The translations under genes were made by a program, and so were the position numbers. The notes below the pieces were generated by a model. It made no database searches, was not told where the DNA came from, and saw only the letters and a list, made by a program, of their open reading frames with translations. Of a stretch of 64,000 nt of DNA, positions 59,218-64,000 are shown piece after piece. Origin of the DNA: an uncultured Clostridia bacterium (GTDB lineage Bacteria > Bacillota > Clostridia > UBA1381 > UMGS1253); the NCBI GenBank assembly GCA_934456295.1, contig CAKSHB010000002.1:12513-76512 (forward strand), given 5' to 3'. The stretch's first letter is position 1. Every line of letters starts with the position of its first letter.

Positions 59218-59640
59218 CTACTTCCCTTCGATATATATTTCTCTGTAGTCGTCGGAAATATCAGAATTTTTTACAATGTTAACAGTTATCACATTGTCAG
59301 GAAGAATATCCCCTATTTTCTCGGGCCATTCTATTATGCAGATACCGTCGCCGAATAAATAATCATCTATGCCTATATCGTACATTTCGTCACTGCAATC
59401 CACCCTGTATACGTCAAAGTGGTACAGCGGTATATCGGCAGAATATTCGTTTATGAGCGTAAAAGTCGGGCTGCTTGTATACCCTGTATAACCAAGCCCT
59501 TTTGCCACTCCTGACACAAACGCTGTTTTGCCGGCACCGAGTTCGCCGTTTAAACAAACTACGTCGCCGCGTTTTAGCATTTCTGCAAATTTTATGCCTA
59601 TATTCTGGGTATCCTCTCTGCTGTTTGAAATATATTTCAT
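59218..59640 (-). CDS. tsaE: tRNA t6A biosynthesis ATPase TsaE
   Basis: GELGAGKT Walker A, SPTFTL, HFDVYR. ATG 59640 chosen; the ORF is open from TTG 59661. Confidence 0.9.
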   Translation of the reverse strand: MKYISNSREDTQNIGIKFAEMLKRGDVVCLNGELGAGKTAFVSGVAKGLGYTGYTSSPTFTLINEYSADIPLYHFDVYRVDCSDEMYDIGIDDYLFGDGICIIEWPEKIGDILPDNVITVNIVKNSDISDDYREIYIEGK

Positions 59641-59676
59641 ATAATTATCGCTCCATATCAAAGCATATCCGAAATC

Positions 59677-61347
59677 TTAAAACAGACCCACAATCTCCCC
59701 GGTATCGAGTATATCTATATTTTGCGCGGCAGGCTTTTTAGGCAACCCCGGCATAGTCATGATATCTCCTGTCTGCACAACAACAAATCCTGCCCCTGCA
59801 CTTACGCGGACTTCGGAAACTGAAATGCTGAAGTTTTCGGGCCTGCCGAGCAATGCGGGATTATCCGAAAGAGAGTATTGTGTTTTAGCCATGCATACCG
59901 GCATTTTATCGAACCCAAGCTCTGTAAGTGTTTTTATCTGTTTATTTGCCTTGGTGCTGTATTCTACATCATTTCCGCCGTAAATTTGTTTTGTAAGGGT
60001 CATAATTTTATCTTTAATACTCATATTTACATCATATATCGGTGCAAAATTGGATTTTTTTGTGCTGAGAGTTTCAAGAACTGCTTCGGCAAGCTCAATT
60101 CCGCCCTCACCGCCATGTGCAAAAACTTCACTCATGGCACACGGTACGTCCAATTTTTCACATAGCTGCTTTACAGCGTCTGTTTCTGCCTTTGTGTCTG
60201 TATCAAATACGTTCAGAGCCACGACAACAGGCAGTCCGAATTTGCGCATATTTTCAATATGTTTTTCAAGGTTTGGCAATCCCTTTTTCAAAGCTTCAAC
60301 ATTTTCTTCTTTTAAGTTAAGTTTGCTTATACCACCGTTATATTTCAGCGCACGGACAGTAGCAACGATAACAGCTGCGTCCGGTTTTAGGTTTGCCATA
60401 CGGCATTTTATGTCAAGAAACTTTTCTGCCCCCAAATCTGCACCAAAACCTGCCTCGGTAACAACGTAATCGCTCAGCTTTAACGCAAGTTTTGTTGCTC
60501 TGACACTGTTGCAGCCATGCGCGATATTTGCGAACGGACCGCCGTGCATAAGACACGGTGTGTTTTCGAGTGTCTGGACAATATTCGGCATGATTGCGTC
60601 TTTGAGCAGCAGTGTCATAGCGCCCTCAGCCTTTAAATCTTTTGCGGTGACAGGTTCGCCGCTGAGATTATAAGCAACTATGATACGTCCGAGCCTTTCC
60701 TTTAAATCGTCCAAGTCGTCTGCAAGACACAAAATTGCCATAACCTCGGAGGCAACGGTAATCATAAAACCGTCCTCGCGCACAAAGCCGTTAGCTTTTC
60801 CGCCAAGCCCTACCACAACATGACGCAAAGCTCTGTCATTCATATCAAGCACACGTTTCCATACGATTGATCTCGAATCGATATTAAGCTCGTTTCCCTG
60901 CTGAATATGATTATCTATCATGGCGCTTAAAAGATTGTTCGCCGCGGTTATCGCGTGCATATCGCCTGTGAAATGCAGGTTTATGTCCTCCATGGGCACA
61001 ACCTGAGAATAACCGCCGCCTGCCGCACCGCCCTTTATTCCCATAACAGGTCCGAGCGAAGGCTCGCGCAGCGCTATTATCGCATTTTTACCGAGCTTAG
61101 ATAATGCCTGTCCCAAGCCTACGGTTGTGGTCGTTTTTCCTTCACCCGCAGGAGTTGGATTTATTGCTGTAACGAGTATCAGCTTTCCATTTTTGTTGCT
61201 CGACACACGTTTTTCAAGCTTATCTGTAAGCTTTGCTTTATACGGTCCGTACATATAAAGTTCATCTTCGGTTATGCCCGCTTTTGCGGCAACCTCTTTT
61301 ATGGGAAGCATATTTGCGTTTTGTGCAATTTGAATATCCGTAAGCAT
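59677..61347 (-). CDS. fhs: formate--tetrahydrofolate ligase
   Basis: [38 protein letters not shown]. Confidence 0.96.
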   Translation of the reverse strand: MLTDIQIAQNANMLPIKEVAAKAGITEDELYMYGPYKAKLTDKLEKRVSSNKNGKLILVTAINPTPAGEGKTTTTVGLGQALSKLGKNAIIALREPSLGPVMGIKGGAAGGGYSQVVPMEDINLHFTGDMHAITAANNLLSAMIDNHIQQGNELNIDSRSIVWKRVLDMNDRALRHVVVGLGGKANGFVREDGFMITVASEVMAILCLADDLDDLKERLGRIIVAYNLSGEPVTAKDLKAEGAMTLLLKDAIMPNIVQTLENTPCLMHGGPFANIAHGCNSVRATKLALKLSDYVVTEAGFGADLGAEKFLDIKCRMANLKPDAAVIVATVRALKYNGGISKLNLKEENVEALKKGLPNLEKHIENMRKFGLPVVVALNVFDTDTKAETDAVKQLCEKLDVPCAMSEVFAHGGEGGIELAEAVLETLSTKKSNFAPIYDVNMSIKDKIMTLTKQIYGGNDVEYSTKANKQIKTLTELGFDKMPVCMAKTQYSLSDNPALLGRPENFSISVSEVRVSAGAGFVVVQTGDIMTMPGLPKKPAAQNIDILDTGEIVGLF

Positions 61348-61371
61348 ACTTATTCCTCCGAAAGTTTTATA

Positions 61372-62349
61372 TTAATGCTTTATGTAAATTTTTGTGTAGA
61401 AGTTAATTTCTTCGCCCGGTTTAAGCGTAATCAGATTAGCAGTTTCCATATCGCTGTTTACGGCGTTGGTACAGCATGTTTGCGGTTCTATCGATAAGAA
61501 CCTTTGCTTTGCGTCCGAGTTATAAAGAACATAGTGCTTGAATTTTTCATCGGCTTCATACACTATCTTTATGTTTGTGCCGGTGTCTGTAATTACAGCA
61601 ACATTTGCTTTTGAGTCATCGGAAAGATACAAATTGTCAAGTGCATATTCATTTACAATACAGCCTTTGTCCGAAACTGCTTTTTTGCCGAATTCATCAA
61701 GAGAAAGAAGCCTGCCTGTAGGAATACATTTATCTGTTTCATACTTGTTTTTCAGGTTAGCCGTAACATAAAATTTGTCTTCGGGCGATGAAGTAAACGG
61801 AACATTAAACGTAGTGTGATATGCAAGAGCAAAAGGCATATTGCGCTCACTTTGGTTTTCAAAAGAAATCCGCTGGAATAACCCGTTTGACGTTATAACA
61901 TTTTCGTAAGTTATTTCAACATTGAAGCCGAAATACGGATATACCTCGCTGTTTTCATCAATAATATGTTTAAACACAATATTTACAAAGCCGTCGGCAA
62001 TTTCCTTTTTTGCAAGTTCCCATTTCGTATAGCCGTCTAAAAGTCCGTGTATATGGTTGTTTTCCGAATCGTTTATCGGAAAGTGATATTCTCTGCCCTC
62101 AAAACTAAACGTTCCGTTTTTTATTCGGTTCGGAAAGAAAAGAATTGGTATTCCGATAACACGCGATGTTCTAAGAGTCTCCAAATTGTCTGTTGTGTGC
62201 AAAATTGAAATATTATCCGGTTCATATACAAATCTTACAAGATTTGCGCCTTCCTGCACAAAAGCGCCGCTATATCCGCCGCACTCAAATTCCACCGTTT
62301 TTAATCCAAGATATTCTCCCTCATATATCTTTGTATCTCCCATTTTCAC
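61372..62349 (-). CDS. aldose 1-epimerase (mutarotase-like) family protein
   Basis: PILFFPNRIKNGTFSFEGREYHFPIN....HIHG pattern and an all-beta composition. Confidence 0.7.
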   Translation of the reverse strand: MKMGDTKIYEGEYLGLKTVEFECGGYSGAFVQEGANLVRFVYEPDNISILHTTDNLETLRTSRVIGIPILFFPNRIKNGTFSFEGREYHFPINDSENNHIHGLLDGYTKWELAKKEIADGFVNIVFKHIIDENSEVYPYFGFNVEITYENVITSNGLFQRISFENQSERNMPFALAYHTTFNVPFTSSPEDKFYVTANLKNKYETDKCIPTGRLLSLDEFGKKAVSDKGCIVNEYALDNLYLSDDSKANVAVITDTGTNIKIVYEADEKFKHYVLYNSDAKQRFLSIEPQTCCTNAVNSDMETANLITLKPGEEINFYTKIYIKH

Positions 62350-62384
62350 ATCTCCTAAATATAAACATAAAAAGCAATACTATA

Positions 62385-62413
62385 TTTATATCATAAAATC
62401 AAACAAAATTCAA
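62385..62413 (-). promoter_or_regulatory. sigma-A-like promoter (extended -10) for epimerase-fhs transcription unit
   Basis: On the minus strand: TTGAAT, 17 nt, TATAAA, preceded by TGA. Confidence 0.4.
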
Positions 62414-62437
62414 CGATTTAAGCAAAATTTGTGCAAA

Positions 62438-62474
62438 TAAAAAGGAACAAGAGGTCTATATCCGTTCCTTTTTG
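62438..62474 (-). terminator. rho-independent terminator after Gfo/Idh/MocA gene
   Basis: AAAAGGAAC/GTTCCTTTT perfect 9-bp stem with a 15-nt loop. T-run on the minus-strand reading. Confidence 0.6.
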
Positions 62475-62486
62475 TAAATCAAAATA

Positions 62487-63518
62487 CTATAAGTGCACAA
62501 TTTTGTGCTCTCTGCCTGATTTTAATATTGCACACATCACTTTATGGGTAGCAAATGCATCATTGAAATCCAACATCATTTTTGTGCCGTTTGCTACGCA
62601 GCTATAGTAATCATTGATTTGCTTTATGTGTGAAATTCCCCAATAATTTTTTGTGTTTCCGTATTCAATAAACTCATTTTTATCATTTTCCGCACTCAAA
62701 ATCTGTCCGTCGCCTAAAATTATTTCAGCTTTGTCGCCTATAAGACTTACAGTGCCGTTTTCGCAAACAAGCTCAATGTCAATCGGAGAATTTGTGCAAT
62801 GGTTGTTTGTAAACCAGAAGTTTGCATGTGTGTTATCTTCAAAAGTAATCATTCCGCTCGCATCATCTTCTACTTCAATATTATGCAGCCTTGTATCAAT
62901 TGATGATTTTACGCATAAAGGCTTTTTGCCGACAAACCAAAGCATCAAATCAAGAGTATGTATCGCCTGATTTACGCATACTCCGCCGCCTTCTTTTTCG
63001 ATAGTTCCGCGCCAGCCGCTTTCGGAATAATACTCATCGCTTCTTTCCCAACATACAACAGCACGTGCACCCATAACTTTGCCGAGCTTTCCCGCCTGAA
63101 GCGTTTGCTTTATAAGCATGCTGCCGCTGTTATAGCGATTTTGAAAAATTATTTCAAGTGTTTTTCCTGTGCGCTTTGAAGCTTCAATCATTTTTTCCGC
63201 ATCGGCGACAGTTGTTGCCATAGGCTTTTCGCAGATGACATTACAGCCGTGCTCAAGCGCATATATGCTGACCGGTGCATGCAGATAATGCGGAAGGCAT
63301 ATATGAACGGAATCGGGTTTTATATCGTTTATCATTGTTTTGTAGTCGGTATAAAATACACAGCCGCATTCATTCGCCCGCATTTTTGCACGTTCTTCGT
63401 CTATATCGCATACAGCCTCAAGCGAGGTATACTCATTATTCATGACGGGTACGGCATGCATCGGAAAAATTGCTCCGCAGCCTATGATTACCGAACGTAG
63501 CTTTTGCATTAATCTCAA
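62487..63518 (-). CDS. Gfo/Idh/MocA-family NAD(P)-dependent oxidoreductase
   Basis: N-terminal Rossmann fold (VIIGCGAI), EKP motif (ICEKPMA) and a C-terminal alpha/beta domain. Confidence 0.85.
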   Translation of the reverse strand: MRLMQKLRSVIIGCGAIFPMHAVPVMNNEYTSLEAVCDIDEERAKMRANECGCVFYTDYKTMINDIKPDSVHICLPHYLHAPVSIYALEHGCNVICEKPMATTVADAEKMIEASKRTGKTLEIIFQNRYNSGSMLIKQTLQAGKLGKVMGARAVVCWERSDEYYSESGWRGTIEKEGGGVCVNQAIHTLDLMLWFVGKKPLCVKSSIDTRLHNIEVEDDASGMITFEDNTHANFWFTNNHCTNSPIDIELVCENGTVSLIGDKAEIILGDGQILSAENDKNEFIEYGNTKNYWGISHIKQINDYYSCVANGTKMMLDFNDAFATHKVMCAILKSGREHKIVHL

Positions 63519-63578
63519 ATCCCTTCTGAAATTGCTTTTTGGTATCCCTCGTCAATATTTACGCAAAAATCTGAGATA

Positions 63579-64000
63579 TCAGTTTTCAACCTTGCGGAAC
63601 CACAGCAATGTATCAATTGGTGCGCTGATTTCTTTTTCACACGGACCTGTAATGCAATCCTTTTCCCCCTGCCATGTACCCTTTGGAAATACGACGCTGC
63701 GTGAATAAGTATTTTTTTCTGTGATCGGCGCAACCAATATATCATTTCCCAGCATAAACTGGTCGGTAACTTTCTCATATCCGCAATTTGGGAAAACATA
63801 TTCCATATAACGCATTATCGGCTCACCTGTAGCCGATGCTTCAACAGCAAGCTTAAATATTTCGTCGCCGCGGTCATGGTGCAGCTTTGCAGCCTCCACA
63901 CAGCAATCCAAATGCTTTTTTGACAATATGCGCCATGGCGAAACGGAAAACTGCATCATCGGGAAAAGTGCCGCGCACTGGGCATACCGTACAACAATCT
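63579..64000 (-). CDS. glycoside hydrolase family 31-like protein, C-terminal part (gene continues beyond window)
   Basis: The C-terminal FMLGNDILVAPI....SRSVVFPKGTWQG pattern is typical of GH31 alpha-glucosidase/xylosidase. The frame is open to the window edge. Confidence 0.55.
   Translation of the reverse strand, partial: IVVRYAQCAALFPMMQFSVSPWRILSKKHLDCCVEAAKLHHDRGDEIFKLAVEASATGEPIMRYMEYVFPNCGYEKVTDQFMLGNDILVAPITEKNTYSRSVVFPKGTWQGEKDCITGPCEKEISAPIDTLLWFRKVEN

Noticed and set aside
63515-63799. 94-aa minus-strand ORF overlapping the GH31 C-terminal coding region in another frame.
   Set aside because: The alternative frame (63579-64000) carries recognisable GH31 C-terminal motifs and stays open to the window edge. 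The 94-aa frame has no motifs.
1-64000. Looked for CRISPR arrays, IS elements, transposases, integrases, prophage genes, toxin-antitoxin pairs, and tRNA or rRNA genes.
   Set aside because: None was seen. All intergenic gaps are 240 nt or shorter and are accounted for by promoters, leaders and terminators. No repeat-spacer periodicity or terminal inverted repeats were noticed by eye, though a computational repeat scan would be more sensitive.

Overview
Core chromosomal segment with Firmicutes/Clostridia-type gene order, possibly a Ruminococcus/Oscillospiraceae-like anaerobe. Product calls rest on motif and domain recognition in the supplied translations, because no database search was possible. 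Most of the window is housekeeping. On the plus strand: rimP-nusA-ylxR-L7Ae-infB-rbfA-nrnA-truB-ribF, glmU-prs, pth-mfd-prsA, pcrA-pncB, tig-clpP-clpX-lon-engB and hisS-aspS. On the minus strand: fhs-tsaE-tsaB-rpiB-nusB-xseA-xseB-ispA-PAP2-ireB. I saw no rRNA, tRNA, CRISPR array, transposase, integrase or phage gene. The non-routine content is two separate [FeFe]-hydrogenase loci, each with its own putative H2-sensing signalling set. (1) 1-7633: adhE, an APH/ePK-fold kinase, a Trx-like [2Fe-2S] ferredoxin, a PAS-containing sensory hydrogenase (HydS/HfsB-like), a PP2C phosphatase and a monomeric hydrogenase, with only one clear terminator, at the end of the block. (2) 29080-37742: a five-gene module (DRTGG, GHKL ATPase, HydS-like protein without an output domain, DRTGG, PHP) with no recognisable DNA-binding output. 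It lies upstream of a NuoE/NuoF/HydA-type bifurcating hydrogenase operon that carries a second GHKL ATPase and a candidate Rex operator. In the catalytic HydA of that operon the H-cluster L1 motif reads TSCSP instead of TSCCP, one nucleotide from the canonical codon. A further oddity is a CrtO-like membrane protein paired with a processive (QRRRW) GT2 synthase between PBP1A and rimP, with no carotenoid genes nearby. Several leader hairpins (rimP, hisS, lon) are noted at lower interest.
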